Source: Myxococcota bacterium
GTDB taxonomy: Bacteria > Myxococcota_A > UBA9160 > SZUA-336
Assembly (NCBI GenBank): GCA_965247115.1
Contig: CBDFGR010000003.1
Location: forward strand, 1,280,001-1,344,000
Reading direction: 5' to 3'
DNA: 64,000 bases
A program made the translations under genes and the position numbers. The notes beneath the pieces are model-generated. The model had not been told where the DNA came from, searched no databases, and worked only from the letters and a program-made list of their open reading frames with translations. Positions 37,480 through 46,898 of this stretch are shown one piece after another (position 1 is the first letter of the stretch; the number at the start of each line of letters is the position of its first letter).

Positions 37480-37755
37480 CTACTGATGAGCCGTGGTGAA
37501 CGGGATCAAAGCGATGTGGCGGGCGCGCTTGATCTCCACGGTGAGCTTGCGCTGGTGCTTCGCACAGTTCCCGCTGATCCGCCGAGGAATGATCTTGCAG
37601 CGCTCTGTAAGAAAGATGCGCAGCGTCTTCGCGTCCTTGTAGTCGAGCTCCAAGGTGGAGTCCGCACAGAAGCGGCACATCTTGTTCCGGCTGAACATGC
37701 GTCGGGCACCGCGGCGCTTCTTACGGGTCGGCCTCTTGGCAACGATCTCGACCAT
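37480..37755 (-). CDS. rpsR: 30S ribosomal protein S18 (Zn-binding C+ form)
   Basis: [29 protein letters not shown]. Confidence 0.96.
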   Translation of the reverse strand: MVEIVAKRPTRKKRRGARRMFSRNKMCRFCADSTLELDYKDAKTLRIFLTERCKIIPRRISGNCAKHQRKLTVEIKRARHIALIPFTTAHQ

Positions 37756-37764
37756 GCTGGCCTC

Positions 37765-38475
37765 CTACTCCTCGGGCTTGCTGGCCTCGGGAACCTCGGG
37801 CTTGCTGGCCTCGGGAACCTCGGGCTTGCTGGGCTCGGGAACCTCGGACTCGCTGGGCTCGGGAACCTCGGGCTTGCTGGCCTCGGGAACCTCGGACTTG
37901 CTGGCCTCGGGAACCTCGGACTCGCTGGCTTTGGCGACCTCCGGCTCCTCCGCTGCGATCGGAGCGGCGCTGGGCGGCGGCTCGTCTCCAGACGAGTCGG
38001 CTTTCGTGGGACCGTCCGCATCATCGGACGCTTTGCGCAGGTGCTCGCTCTCGGTCTGCATGCGCGCGCGCTCCTGCTCCCGTTCCAGCTCGCGCTCCGC
38101 CTCGATGCGGGCACGCTCCTCGCGCCGACGCGCCTGCTCCTCGGCCTGCTCGGTCGCTTCCTTGACCCGACCCTCTACGTCTTTGACGTTGTCGGTGACT
38201 TGGATGCTGAGGAAGCGCAGCACGTCCTGATCTAGCCGAAGCGAGCGTTCGAGCTCGCTCACCTCACTCCCGTTGCCCAGGAAGTTGAGCTGGAAGTAGT
38301 GGCCCTTCTGGAAGCTCTTGATCTCGTAGGCGAGCTTTCGCTTGCCCCAATCATCCCGCAGGAGAACCCGGGAGTCTGCGGCCTCGATCGCGCCGTCTGC
38401 CCGGGCGTGAATCTCCTGCTCTCGCTCGGGCGTGGCATCCGGCTGAATGACGTAGACGAGCTCGTACTCTCGCAC
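37765..38475 (-). CDS. rpsF: 30S ribosomal protein S6 with a long acidic repetitive tail
   Basis: [25 protein letters not shown], followed by a ~140-aa acidic extension. Confidence 0.95.
   Translation of the reverse strand: MREYELVYVIQPDATPEREQEIHARADGAIEAADSRVLLRDDWGKRKLAYEIKSFQKGHYFQLNFLGNGSEVSELERSLRLDQDVLRFLSIQVTDNVKDVEGRVKEATEQAEEQARRREERARIEAERELEREQERARMQTESEHLRKASDDADGPTKADSSGDEPPPSAAPIAAEEPEVAKASESEVPEASKSEVPEASKPEVPEPSESEVPEPSKPEVPEASKPEVPEASKPEE
37771..37938. repeat. 24-bp coding tandem repeat x7 in the rpsF tail
   Basis: Unit CTCGGGCTTGCTGGCCTCGGGAAC, encoding EVPEASKP variants. Confidence 0.95.
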
Positions 38476-38530
38476 TCCTGTTGTTCCTCCTGGTCAATTG
38501 GGCCCCAGCATCCGGGACCGAGGACGCAGC
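38476..38530 (-). promoter_or_regulatory. Putative S6:S18-binding rpsF leader RNA
   Basis: Minus strand UCCUCGGUCCCGGAUGCUGGGGCCCAAUUGACCAGGAGG: the anti-SD UCCU can pair with AGGA, there is an inner hairpin and a CCR-like motif, and a -10 TAGACT lies at 38566-38561. Confidence 0.45.
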
Positions 38531-38590
38531 GCCATTGCGAAGCGCAGCCTAGGGAGACGCAGTCTAGCAGCTCCTGTGGGACCCGGCCGG

Positions 38591-38683
38591 TCTTGTGGGA
38601 CCGGCCCGCGGGCGGCCGCGGGCCACCCACCTCCGCTCAGCCCTTCGGGCTTCGCTGCGCGCGCCGCTTGCGCGGCGCTTGCA
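38591..38683 (+). repeat. Three-hairpin dispersed repeat, copy D (short TGTGGGACCCGGCC duplicate at 38575)
   Basis: Same linker and hairpin pattern as copy A. Confidence 0.9.
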
Positions 38684-38712
38684 GGGCGCCGACCCCAGAA
38701 CCTGGGTCTTAT

Positions 38713-40758
38713 CTACGCGATCAGGGGGGCGATCACTACGCTGACGACGGCCATGAGCTTGATCAGGATGTTGAGGGACGGGCCGGCCGTGTCCTTGAAC
38801 GGATCGCCGACCGTGTCGCCGACCACCGCCGCCTTGTGGGCGTCGGTGCCCTTTCCGCCATGCGCGCCCCCCTCGATGGTCTTCTTGGCGTTGTCCCAGG
38901 CCCCGCCGGCATTCGCCATGAAGAGCGCCATCAGGACGCCCGTGACCGTGACTCCAGCCAGCACACCGCCGAGCGCCTGCTTGCCGATCAGGAAGCCGAC
39001 CAGGACCGGCACACTGACGGCCAGCAGTCCTGGCGCCAGCATGCGACGGATCGAGGCCGCGGTAGAGATCGCAACACAGTTTGCGTACTCCGCCTTGGCA
39101 GTCCCCTCGAGCAGACCCGGGATCTCGCGGAACTGGCGCCGCACCTCCTCGATCATCTCGCCTGCTGCGACTCCGACCGCCTTCATTGCAAGGGAGCTGA
39201 AGACGAAGGGCACCATGCCCCCCACGAACACGCCCGCCATCACGATCGGGTTCAACAGATCGAGGGACTCCAGGTTGGATTGGGTCCGGAAGGCGCTGAA
39301 CAGCGCCAGCGCCGTGAGTGCCGCAGAGCCGATCGCGAAGCCCTTGCCGATGGCCGCCGTCGTGTTCCCGACGGAATCGAGCAGGTCTGTGCGTTCGCGA
39401 ACCTCCGGCCCCGTCCCACTCATCTCCGCGATCCCGCCGGCGTTGTCCGCAATCGGGCCGTAGGCATCGACGGCGAGCTGGATCCCCACCGTGCAGAGCA
39501 TGCCCAGTCCACCCATGGCGATGCCGTAGAGGCCGCACAGGCTGTGTGCGCCTACCATGGCCAGCGCGATCACCAGGACCGGAATCACCGTCGATCGCAT
39601 CCCGACGGCGAGGCCCGAGATGATGTTCGTTGCCTCTCCCGTGAGGGAGGCAGCGGCGATCTCGTTCACCGCGGCGGTATCCGTCGCGGTGTAGTGCTCC
39701 GTGGCAAGCGCGATAACCACGCCGCCAACCAGACCCAGCACCATGGCGCCGAGGATGTTCCAGACCGGTCCGTCTCCCACGACCTGGACGATGGTGACGT
39801 AGGCCACGGGGATCATCACGGCCACCGAGCCGAACACACCCAGGTTCAGGGCGGTCTGCGGGTTCCCTCCTTCCGACGTCCGCACGAAGAAGGTCGACAC
39901 GATCGAGACGACAATCCCCACGCCGGCCAGTGCGAGCGGCAGGATCACGAAGTTGACCTGGCCCTCCGTCGCGACGTCGATCGAGATCGCGTAGGGGACG
40001 CCCAGAATCATGGCCCCGATGATGGCGCCAACGTAGGACTCGAACAGATCGGCGCCCATGCCGGCCACGTCACCCACGTTGTCGCCGACGCAGTCCGCGA
40101 TCGCTGCGGGGTTGCGTGGGTCGTCCTCCGGAAGTCCCGCCTCGACCTTGCCCACCAGGTCCGCACCGACGTCGGCGGCCTTGGTGTAAATCCCGCCCCC
40201 CACACGCGCGAACAGCGCGATAGAGCTGGCTCCGAGGCTGAAGCCCGACATCAGGGTGAGCACCTGACCGGTCACATCGCTAACGCCCCAGCCGTGGAGG
40301 CGCGTGTACAGCAGCAGCAGCGCGGAGAGCCCGAGAACGCCGAGCCCCACGACGCTCATCCCCATGACCACGCCGCCGCTGAAGGCGACCCTGAGGCCAT
40401 CGCTGAGCGAGTTCCGCGCCGCCGCAGTGGTCCGCACGTTCGCCAGCGTGGCCACGCGCATGCCGAAGTACCCGGCAAGCCCGGAGCAGACCGCCCCCAC
40501 GACGAACGACAGGGCGATCAGCTGCGTGCCTCGAGTCCAGTAGCCGCCGACGAGCAGCACGGCCACCGAGAGGATGAAGATCGAGAGCACCCGGTACTGC
40601 TTGCCCAGAAATGCCATGGCGCCTTCCTGGATGTAGCCGGCGATCTCGGCCATTCGATCCGTGCCGACCTCCGCTCGCGCGACCGAGCGCGCCTTTATCC
40701 ACGCGAAGATCAGGGCGAGAACTCCCGCCCCGGCCGCCGCCACCACCAAGCTACTCAC
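38713..40758 (-). CDS. hppA: Membrane-bound pyrophosphatase, K+-dependent (probably Na+-translocating)
   Basis: [52 protein letters not shown] (Ala form indicates K+ dependence), [10 protein letters not shown]. Confidence 0.95.
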   Translation of the reverse strand: MSSLVVAAAGAGVLALIFAWIKARSVARAEVGTDRMAEIAGYIQEGAMAFLGKQYRVLSIFILSVAVLLVGGYWTRGTQLIALSFVVGAVCSGLAGYFGMRVATLANVRTTAAARNSLSDGLRVAFSGGVVMGMSVVGLGVLGLSALLLLYTRLHGWGVSDVTGQVLTLMSGFSLGASSIALFARVGGGIYTKAADVGADLVGKVEAGLPEDDPRNPAAIADCVGDNVGDVAGMGADLFESYVGAIIGAMILGVPYAISIDVATEGQVNFVILPLALAGVGIVVSIVSTFFVRTSEGGNPQTALNLGVFGSVAVMIPVAYVTIVQVVGDGPVWNILGAMVLGLVGGVVIALATEHYTATDTAAVNEIAAASLTGEATNIISGLAVGMRSTVIPVLVIALAMVGAHSLCGLYGIAMGGLGMLCTVGIQLAVDAYGPIADNAGGIAEMSGTGPEVRERTDLLDSVGNTTAAIGKGFAIGSAALTALALFSAFRTQSNLESLDLLNPIVMAGVFVGGMVPFVFSSLAMKAVGVAAGEMIEEVRRQFREIPGLLEGTAKAEYANCVAISTAASIRRMLAPGLLAVSVPVLVGFLIGKQALGGVLAGVTVTGVLMALFMANAGGAWDNAKKTIEGGAHGGKGTDAHKAAVVGDTVGDPFKDTAGPSLNILIKLMAVVSVVIAPLIA

Positions 40759-41344
40759 GTGTTGCTTCCCCTTCCTGTCCGGGTGCAGGTAGCGCGTTGT
40801 AGCGGTTCATGGCCACCTCGAAGCCTTCCTGCACGATGATCTCCAGGGCCTGAGCGGCCAGCTCGAGCGTCTCCGAGAACTTCTTTCGCTCTACCCTACG
40901 CGCTTTCGAGAGCAGATGGCCGCCCCTTCCGCTCGGCGGGCGGCCGACGCCTACTCGCAGGCGCGCGAAGTCCTGGGTGCCCAGCCTCTCGATCACCGAG
41001 CGGACTCCGTTGTGGCCACCGTGCCCGCCCGCCTTGCGCAGCCGGAGCTTGCCCAGCGGCAGGTCCATGTCGTCCCAGACGAGTACGATCTCCTCCACCT
41101 CCACGGGCAGGTAGCGCACCGCCTCTGCCACCGCTTCGCCGGAGAGATTCATGTAGGTCTGCGGCTCCAGCACCGCGACGTCCGCGTCCCCGACCCTGCC
41201 TCTTCGGAAGCGACTCTGAAACTTACGAGTGTCGTTGCCGAGCCGGTTGCGCGCCGCGAACCGTTCGCACGCCAGAGCCCCCGCGTTGTGGAGGGTGTCC
41301 CTGTATCTCCTCCCGGGATTCCCGAGCCCGACGAACAGGTGCAT
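40751..41344 (-). CDS. pth: Peptidyl-tRNA hydrolase
   Basis: [34 protein letters not shown]. Confidence 0.95.
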   Translation of the reverse strand: MHLFVGLGNPGRRYRDTLHNAGALACERFAARNRLGNDTRKFQSRFRRGRVGDADVAVLEPQTYMNLSGEAVAEAVRYLPVEVEEIVLVWDDMDLPLGKLRLRKAGGHGGHNGVRSVIERLGTQDFARLRVGVGRPPSGRGGHLLSKARRVERKKFSETLELAAQALEIIVQEGFEVAMNRYNALPAPGQEGEATRE

Positions 41345-41359
41345 CCGTCTCGAGCGGGA

Positions 41360-42025
41360 CTACGCTTCGCTGCCGTCCTTGGCGGCAGGCGGAGGCGGAG
41401 TCTCGCCCTCCGGCGTACCCTCGGCGACCTCGGGCGTCTCCTCTTCCTCCTCCTTCACTTCCTCCTCGACCCGCGGCGTCACCACGTGCACGATGGGGGC
41501 GTCCGGGTCGGTGGAGCCCTCTACACCCTCCGGGAACGTCACGTCGCGAACGTAGATGGAGTCGCCGATCGCCAGCTCACTCACGTCGATCTCAAACGAC
41601 TCGGGAATAGCCAACGGCATGCAGCTCACCTGGAGCTGGCGCGTCAGGGTCTCGAGTACACCGCCTTGCTCGACGACCCCCCTGGCTCGGCCGACGTAGT
41701 GGATGGGAACGTCGATCGTGAGCTTCTCCTTCAGGTCGACCGCGAACAGATCGCAGTGCAGGAGCTTGCGCGTCGCGGGATTGCGTTGAAGGTCTTTGAT
41801 CAGGACGGGCTTGTTCTTGACCTGCTTCGGGCCCTCGAGGTCTATCAGCGCGTTCGCTCCGCCGTGGATGGCGCGCTCCAGTAGCAACGCCTTTATCTGC
41901 AGGGCAACGGACTCCATGCCGTGGCCATAGAACACCGCCGGAATGACTCCTGCGGCCCGCAGCTTGCGCGCTGTTCCCTTACCCGTCGCCTCGCGCAGGC
42001 TGACCTCGAGTTTGAGTCTCTCCAT
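41360..42025 (-). CDS. rplY: 50S ribosomal protein L25/Ctc
   Basis: GKGTARKLRAAGVIPAVFYG, HCDL, C-terminal CTC domain. Confidence 0.95.
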   Translation of the reverse strand: MERLKLEVSLREATGKGTARKLRAAGVIPAVFYGHGMESVALQIKALLLERAIHGGANALIDLEGPKQVKNKPVLIKDLQRNPATRKLLHCDLFAVDLKEKLTIDVPIHYVGRARGVVEQGGVLETLTRQLQVSCMPLAIPESFEIDVSELAIGDSIYVRDVTFPEGVEGSTDPDAPIVHVVTPRVEEEVKEEEEETPEVAEGTPEGETPPPPAAKDGSEA

Positions 42026-42043
42026 CTCGCTTCCCCCGCCGGC

Positions 42044-42994
42044 TCACACGAAGAGCGTGCTGACCGACTCCTCTTTGTGGATGCGGCGGATCGACTCCCC
42101 TAGCAAATGGGAGACCGTCGCCACCGAGATCTTCTCGCAGCTCTCCGCCTCCGGCCGCATCGGGATCGTATCCGTGGTGACGAGGCGCTCGAGCGGTGAC
42201 TCGCTGATGCGGCGCACCGCCGGCCCCGAGAGCACGGGGTGCGAGACCGCGGCGAGCACGCGTCGAGCACCCGCCTTCATGACCGCCTCTGCGGTCTGTG
42301 TGATGGAGCCCGCAGTATCCACCATGTCGTCGACGATGATGGCCGTCTTGCTCCTGACGTCGCCCACGATGTGGAGAATCTCAGAGACGTTGGCCTGCTC
42401 CCGCCGCTTGTCCGCGATCGCGAGATCCGCATGCAGGCGCTTCGCATACGCACGAGCGCGCTCCACACCCCCCGCGTCCGGTGAGACCACGACGAGGGGG
42501 TCGCCGGAGGGAACGACGGATCGGATCTCCTCGAGCAACACGGGCATGGCGAACAGGTTGTCGACCGGAATGCCAAAGAAGCCCTGAATCTGGCCGGCAT
42601 GGAGATCGAGGCAGACCGCGCGGTCCGCGCCGGATGCCTGAATCAGATCCGCGACCAGCCGTGCGGTGATCGGCGTGCGCGGTCGAACCTTGCGATCCTG
42701 TCTGCTGTAGCCGTAGTAGGGGATGACCGCCGTGATGCGCTTGGCGGAGCTGCGCCGCACCGTGTCGAGCAGGATCAAGAGCTCCATCAGGGTCTCGTTC
42801 GCCGGGCTGCAGGTGGACTGGACCACGAAGACGTCCATGCCCCGCACGTTCTCCTGGAGCTCCACCCTGCTCTCGCCGTCACTGAACGCGTTGACTTCGG
42901 CCTGACCCGGCCGGACGTCGAGGTGACGGCAGATGGCGGCCGCGAGCTCTGGGGACGCGTTTCCTGTGAAGATCTTCAGGTCGCTGTCAGACAT
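42044..42994 (-). CDS. prs: Ribose-phosphate pyrophosphokinase
   Basis: FSDGE, PYYGYSRQDRK, DLHAGQIQGFF, SPDAGG, VDDMVDTAGS. Confidence 0.97.
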   Translation of the reverse strand: MSDSDLKIFTGNASPELAAAICRHLDVRPGQAEVNAFSDGESRVELQENVRGMDVFVVQSTCSPANETLMELLILLDTVRRSSAKRITAVIPYYGYSRQDRKVRPRTPITARLVADLIQASGADRAVCLDLHAGQIQGFFGIPVDNLFAMPVLLEEIRSVVPSGDPLVVVSPDAGGVERARAYAKRLHADLAIADKRREQANVSEILHIVGDVRSKTAIIVDDMVDTAGSITQTAEAVMKAGARRVLAAVSHPVLSGPAVRRISESPLERLVTTDTIPMRPEAESCEKISVATVSHLLGESIRRIHKEESVSTLFV

Positions 42995-43054
42995 GCCCTA
43001 ACTCCTGACCCTTCAGCCCTCTTTGCTCGCTCTGGCCCAGCGCTCCTTCGCGAC

Positions 43055-43129
43055 TGGCTGGGGCGGCAGGATTCGAACCTGCGAATGACGGGTCCAAAGC
43101 CCGTTGCCTTACCACTTGGCGACGCCCCA
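43055..43129 (-). tRNA. tRNA-Gln (TTG)
   Basis: TGGGGCGTCGCCAAGTGGTAAGGCAACGGGCTTTGGACCCGTCATTCGCAGGTTCGAATCCTGCCGCCCCAGCCA: 75 nt, cloverleaf, TTG anticodon, encoded CCA. Confidence 0.97.
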
Positions 43130-43990
43130 TCCCCAGTCGTCGGAGGCGCTCCCGGGCGAGCTCACCAGGATTGTTCTCGCTCCGTCCGACACCGTGAGAG
43201 CGCCTCTCGCGCGCTTGGCTGCTGCCTCGCTCTCGAACCGGCCGTACACAGTCGGTCCGCTGCCACTCATCCCCGTCACCAGCGCCCCCGAACTCTCCAG
43301 CGCCCGCCGTGCCGCCCCGACTTCGGGATGACGTCGCGAGGTCACGGTCTCGAGGTCGTTCTTGGGGGATGAGAGGACCCCCGAAGGCCCCAGGAGCGCC
43401 GCGATACTAGACACATCGCGGGGGAGCGTCAATTCGCGAGAGGCCTCTCGATAGGCCCACGCGGTGGAGACGGGAAAGTCGAAACAAATCAAGAGCCACC
43501 ACATCTCCGGGACGTCCGGAACCGGCTCGAGGAGCTCGCCGATGCCGCGGCCCACACTCGCCCTGGGGGACAGGAAGAAGGGCACATCGGCCCCGAGCGC
43601 GAGAGCGAGCGAGCCGCGGGCCCGCGCGCAGAGGCTCCGTCCTACGAGCCGCTCGATCCCCAGAATCGTCGCCGCGGCATCGGAGGAGCCACCACCCAGC
43701 CCTGCCGCGATCGGAATGTGCTTGGCGAGGCGCAGCTCGAGGGCGGGCTCCAGCTCGAGCTCTCTGCAGGTCCGCTGGGCGGCCTGCACGACCAGATTTT
43801 CCTCGTCTGTAGGCAGGTCAGCGCCACGGACGTCGAGCCTGATCCCGGGCTGTGACGCACGGTCCAGCTCCAGCTCGTCGAACAGGCAGAGAGGCACGAA
43901 GAGCGTCTCGATTTCGTGGTAGCCGTCGCTGCGCCGGGCGATCAACCGCAGCCCCAGGTTGAGCTTGGCGGGAGCGAGGAGCCGGACCAC
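43109..43990 (-). CDS. ispE: 4-diphosphocytidyl-2-C-methyl-D-erythritol kinase
   Basis: APAKLNL, DGYHEIET, KHIPIAAGLGGGSSDAA, GADVPFF, MSGSGPT. Confidence 0.96.
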   Translation of the reverse strand: MVRLLAPAKLNLGLRLIARRSDGYHEIETLFVPLCLFDELELDRASQPGIRLDVRGADLPTDEENLVVQAAQRTCRELELEPALELRLAKHIPIAAGLGGGSSDAAATILGIERLVGRSLCARARGSLALALGADVPFFLSPRASVGRGIGELLEPVPDVPEMWWLLICFDFPVSTAWAYREASRELTLPRDVSSIAALLGPSGVLSSPKNDLETVTSRRHPEVGAARRALESSGALVTGMSGSGPTVYGRFESEAAAKRARGALTVSDGARTILVSSPGSASDDWGWGVAKW

Positions 43991-43992
43991 CC

Positions 43993-44310
43993 TCAGCCGC
44001 TGTCGCCGCGTGCCTCGACGTACTTGATGTGCACCTGGTGTAGCACGCTGTCGAGTAGGGCCGCCTCCTGAGGCTCGAGATTCCCTTTGGTCTTCTCGCT
44101 CAGCATCTCGAGAATGTCGATCGTCTGCCGTGCCAGAGGCAGGTTCATCTCTGGCGCCTCGCCCGCCTCCGGTCCTGGCGATGCGCCCAGGTGCACCATC
44201 GTCGAGGTGGAGAGCGAGAGTACGAGCGTGCTGAAGGTCAGCTCTGGCGCCGCGGCCGGAGTGGCCTCATCCATCTTGAACCCACCGGGTCCACTCTGCT
44301 CCTTAGTCAT
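43993..44310 (-). CDS. DUF1844 domain protein
   Basis: FSTLVLSLS...HLG...NLPLARQTIDILEMLSEKTKGNL. Confidence 0.85.
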   Translation of the reverse strand: MTKEQSGPGGFKMDEATPAAAPELTFSTLVLSLSTSTMVHLGASPGPEAGEAPEMNLPLARQTIDILEMLSEKTKGNLEPQEAALLDSVLHQVHIKYVEARGDSG

Positions 44311-44941
44311 GCGAAGCCTCCTCTACACCGGCCTCGAGTGTTGGATCCTGGCCCGTGTCGTCCAGGATTTGCAACAGGCGATGTGCGGCCCAGATCCGCT
44401 GGGCGGCAGTCCAGGTCGAGCCGAGCGCGATGATCAGCAGGGCCACCTGGACGAAGCCCGTCAGCCCACCCAGGATCAGGATCACGCAGCGCTCGGCCCG
44501 CTCCATCAGTCCAACCGAGAGGTTGGACAGGTCCTTCTCTGCCCGCGCGCGGATATAGCTCGTCATGAACGACCCGAGCACGGCCCAGAAGAGCAGCAGC
44601 ACGCCGGTCCCGTCTCCGTGACTCGCCATGGCGAAGCCGATGCCGGCGAACACCAGCAGCTCGGAGACACGATCCATGCTGGAATCGAAGAAAGCGCCGA
44701 ACGCGGACGAGCTCCCCTGAATCCGGGCAACCACCCCGTCGACCAGGTCGAAGAACCCCGCCAGAAGGAGGAGCAAAGCCGCCAGCTGCGGCTCGTCCCA
44801 CGCGAAAGCCAGGCCGCTCGCGCCCGACACGAGCACCCCCGTAACGGTCAGAGTGTCTGGACGGAGACGCAGCCGTTCCAGAAACGGAAAGGCGCGCTTC
44901 ACGACCCGGTCGAAGTCGGCACCGAGCCGCGCCTTGATCAC
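44303..44941 (-). CDS. CDP-alcohol phosphatidyltransferase
   Basis: DLVDGVVAR...GAFFDSSMDR, SYIRARAE, GLMERAER. Confidence 0.9.
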   Translation of the reverse strand: MIKARLGADFDRVVKRAFPFLERLRLRPDTLTVTGVLVSGASGLAFAWDEPQLAALLLLLAGFFDLVDGVVARIQGSSSAFGAFFDSSMDRVSELLVFAGIGFAMASHGDGTGVLLLFWAVLGSFMTSYIRARAEKDLSNLSVGLMERAERCVILILGGLTGFVQVALLIIALGSTWTAAQRIWAAHRLLQILDDTGQDPTLEAGVEEASHD

Positions 44942-44953
44942 TGGCTGGATCTT

Positions 44954-45226
44954 CTACAGGTCGGATTCGTCGAGCGGGACGGGTTCGGGCTTGACCGTGG
45001 GCAGCGGACCCTCCTCCACGAAGCGCTCCACGCGCTCTGCGCGTGCAGCCCCTTCCGCCTCGAACTCTGCCCTGAGACGCTGCAGATCTTCGTCGGAATC
45101 CGCTTCGGCGCGCTGCTCGAGATCCGGGAGCTTCTCGAGCTCCTTCTCGACCTCGCTCTCGCTCACATCTCCTCTGCGAATGGCGCGCTCGAGGAGCCTG
45201 CTGTCCTGGCGTTGCGACGAGGCCAT
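44954..45226 (-). CDS. Small acidic hypothetical protein
   Basis: SD AAGGAG before ATG 45226; DSRLLERAIRRG...LEKLPD. Confidence 0.65.
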   Translation of the reverse strand: MASSQRQDSRLLERAIRRGDVSESEVEKELEKLPDLEQRAEADSDEDLQRLRAEFEAEGAARAERVERFVEEGPLPTVKPEPVPLDESDL

Positions 45227-45240
45227 ACTGGATCTCCTTT

Positions 45241-45333
45241 TCTTGTGGGACCCGGCCGCGGGCGGCCGCGGCCACCCACCTCCGCTCAGGCCTGCGGCCT
45301 TCGCTGCGCGCGCCGCGTTGCGCGGCGCTTGCA
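45241..45333 (+). repeat. Three-hairpin dispersed repeat, copy E
   Basis: TCTTGTGGGACCCGGCCGCGGGCGGCCGCGGCCACCCACCTCCGCTCAGGCCTGCGGCCTTCGCTGCGCGCGCCGCGTTGCGCGGCGCTTGCA. Confidence 0.92.
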
Positions 45334-45412
45334 TGGGAGGCGGCGCATGGCTTGCCTTTTTTGACCGCGGGGGCAGAGTCTAACAAGCTGGGGGGTGGGG
45401 TGCTCGTTTGCG

Positions 45413-45441
45413 TTGACACCGCCGGGAGTCATGCCTAACCT
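45413..45441 (+). promoter_or_regulatory. Sigma70-type promoter for bamD
   Basis: TTGACA (45413-45418)-N17-TAACCT (45436-45441). Confidence 0.6.
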
Positions 45442-45468
45442 GCGAATTCTCCAGTAAACCAGATAGTT

Positions 45469-46431
45469 ATGAGCAAGACGCTACGTACCATCGTTGGTCT
45501 CGGGCTCGCAGTTGCGATCTCTGGCGGCTGCAGTTCGACACCGGAGCCGCAGGAGTTTCCGACCGCGGAGACCTACTACGAGCGCGGGCTCGAGGGTCTG
45601 GTGCCGCATCGCCGACTCATCTTCCTCACAGAGGTGGACTACCAGACGGCTATCGAGAACTTCCAGGAGGTGATCGATAACTATCCCTACAGTGAGTACG
45701 CCACCCTGGCGGAAATCAAGCTCGCCGACGTTCACTATGAGCGGAAGCAGTACCCCGAGGCCGCGAGCTACTACCAGGACTTCGTCGAGCTCCATCCACG
45801 CCACGAGCTGGTGCCCCACGCCATGTATCGGAGCGGCATGTGCTCGTTCCAGCAGATGCGCGAATCCGATCGGGACCAGACCGCCACCTTCGAGGCGATC
45901 TCCCACTTCCGGACGCTGCTCGGGCGCTACCCCGATGCCGAGACGGCGGAGGATGCCGCCCTGCGGCTTCAGGAGGCCGAGGATCTGCTGGCGCAGGTCG
46001 ATCTGGAGGTGGGCCAGTTCTACTTCGAACGTGGGGAGTATCACGCGGCTGTCGAGCGCTTTCGCCGGGCGTTGACCCAGTTCCCGAGTCACACCGGCCA
46101 CCTGACGACCATGTCCATGCTCGGAGTCGCGCTGATCCGCGTTGGCGACCCTGTTAGCGGGGAGGCAATCCTGGCCGAGGCGCTGGCCTCGAATCCGGAC
46201 CAGGAGCTTCGCGACTTGATCGACTCCGAGCTCCGCGAGATCACGGCCCTCCCGGGCTACGCCGCCATGCTCGAGGAGGTCCCGGACAGCCCGGTCCTGC
46301 GCGAGCGACCACCCCTGTACAAGCGAGCCTGGCGCACCACCACCGCGCCGTTCCGGTTGGCCGCAAAGCCGCTCATCGCGCTCGGATCCGGAGCAGGCAA
46401 GCTCTTCGGCGCCATGTGGGGAATGTTCTAG
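45469..46431 (+). CDS. bamD: Outer membrane protein assembly factor BamD
   Basis: Lipobox ISGGC; TPRs with YPYSEYA, YQDFVELHPRH, DRDQTAT, EVGQFYF. Confidence 0.9.
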   Translation: MSKTLRTIVGLGLAVAISGGCSSTPEPQEFPTAETYYERGLEGLVPHRRLIFLTEVDYQTAIENFQEVIDNYPYSEYATLAEIKLADVHYERKQYPEAASYYQDFVELHPRHELVPHAMYRSGMCSFQQMRESDRDQTATFEAISHFRTLLGRYPDAETAEDAALRLQEAEDLLAQVDLEVGQFYFERGEYHAAVERFRRALTQFPSHTGHLTTMSMLGVALIRVGDPVSGEAILAEALASNPDQELRDLIDSELREITALPGYAAMLEEVPDSPVLRERPPLYKRAWRTTTAPFRLAAKPLIALGSGAGKLFGAMWGMF

Positions 46432-46477
46432 CCTGTTTTTTGTACAGGCTGCTCGTCGCATGCGTCATGATGTGTGT

Positions 46478-46870
46478 ATGACTATCGAGCTCAATCACAC
46501 GATCGTTGCAGCGCGCGACAAGGAAGAGTCCGCTCTCTTCTACGAGAGGATTTTCGGGCTCAAGTACGAGGGTCCACTCGGGCACTTTGCGCCGATTCGG
46601 ATTCCGAGCCAGTCGCTGACGCTGGACTTCGACAACCGGGAGTCGTTCCAGTCACAGCACTACGCCTTCAAGGTCAGCGAGCTGGAGTTCGACGAGATCT
46701 TCGGCCGCGTCCAGGAGGCCGGGCTCGAGTACGGCAGCGGCCCGTTCAGTCCCACGGATGGGGAGATCAACCACTGGAACGAGGGCCGGGGCGTCTACTT
46801 CCGCGACCCCAATGGCCACCTCCTGGAGATCCTCACCCGCGACTACACGGCGGAGCAGTTCTCCAGCTGA
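46478..46870 (+). CDS. VOC (glyoxalase/bleomycin resistance) family protein
   Basis: LNHTIVAARD, HYAFKV, GRGVYFRDPNGHLLEI. Confidence 0.9.
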   Translation: MTIELNHTIVAARDKEESALFYERIFGLKYEGPLGHFAPIRIPSQSLTLDFDNRESFQSQHYAFKVSELEFDEIFGRVQEAGLEYGSGPFSPTDGEINHWNEGRGVYFRDPNGHLLEILTRDYTAEQFSS

Positions 46871-46898
46871 ACTCAGCGCCAAGTACGTTCTGCCAAGT

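Noticed and set aside
37771..37938. Possible CRISPR array (also 55366-55512)
   Set aside because: The units are directly adjacent with no unique spacers, are multiples of 3 inside CDSs, and no cas genes are present.
43000..43129. Integrative element at tRNA-Gln
   Set aside because: There is no integrase or duplicated tRNA 3' end, and the flanks are the normal ispE and prs genes.
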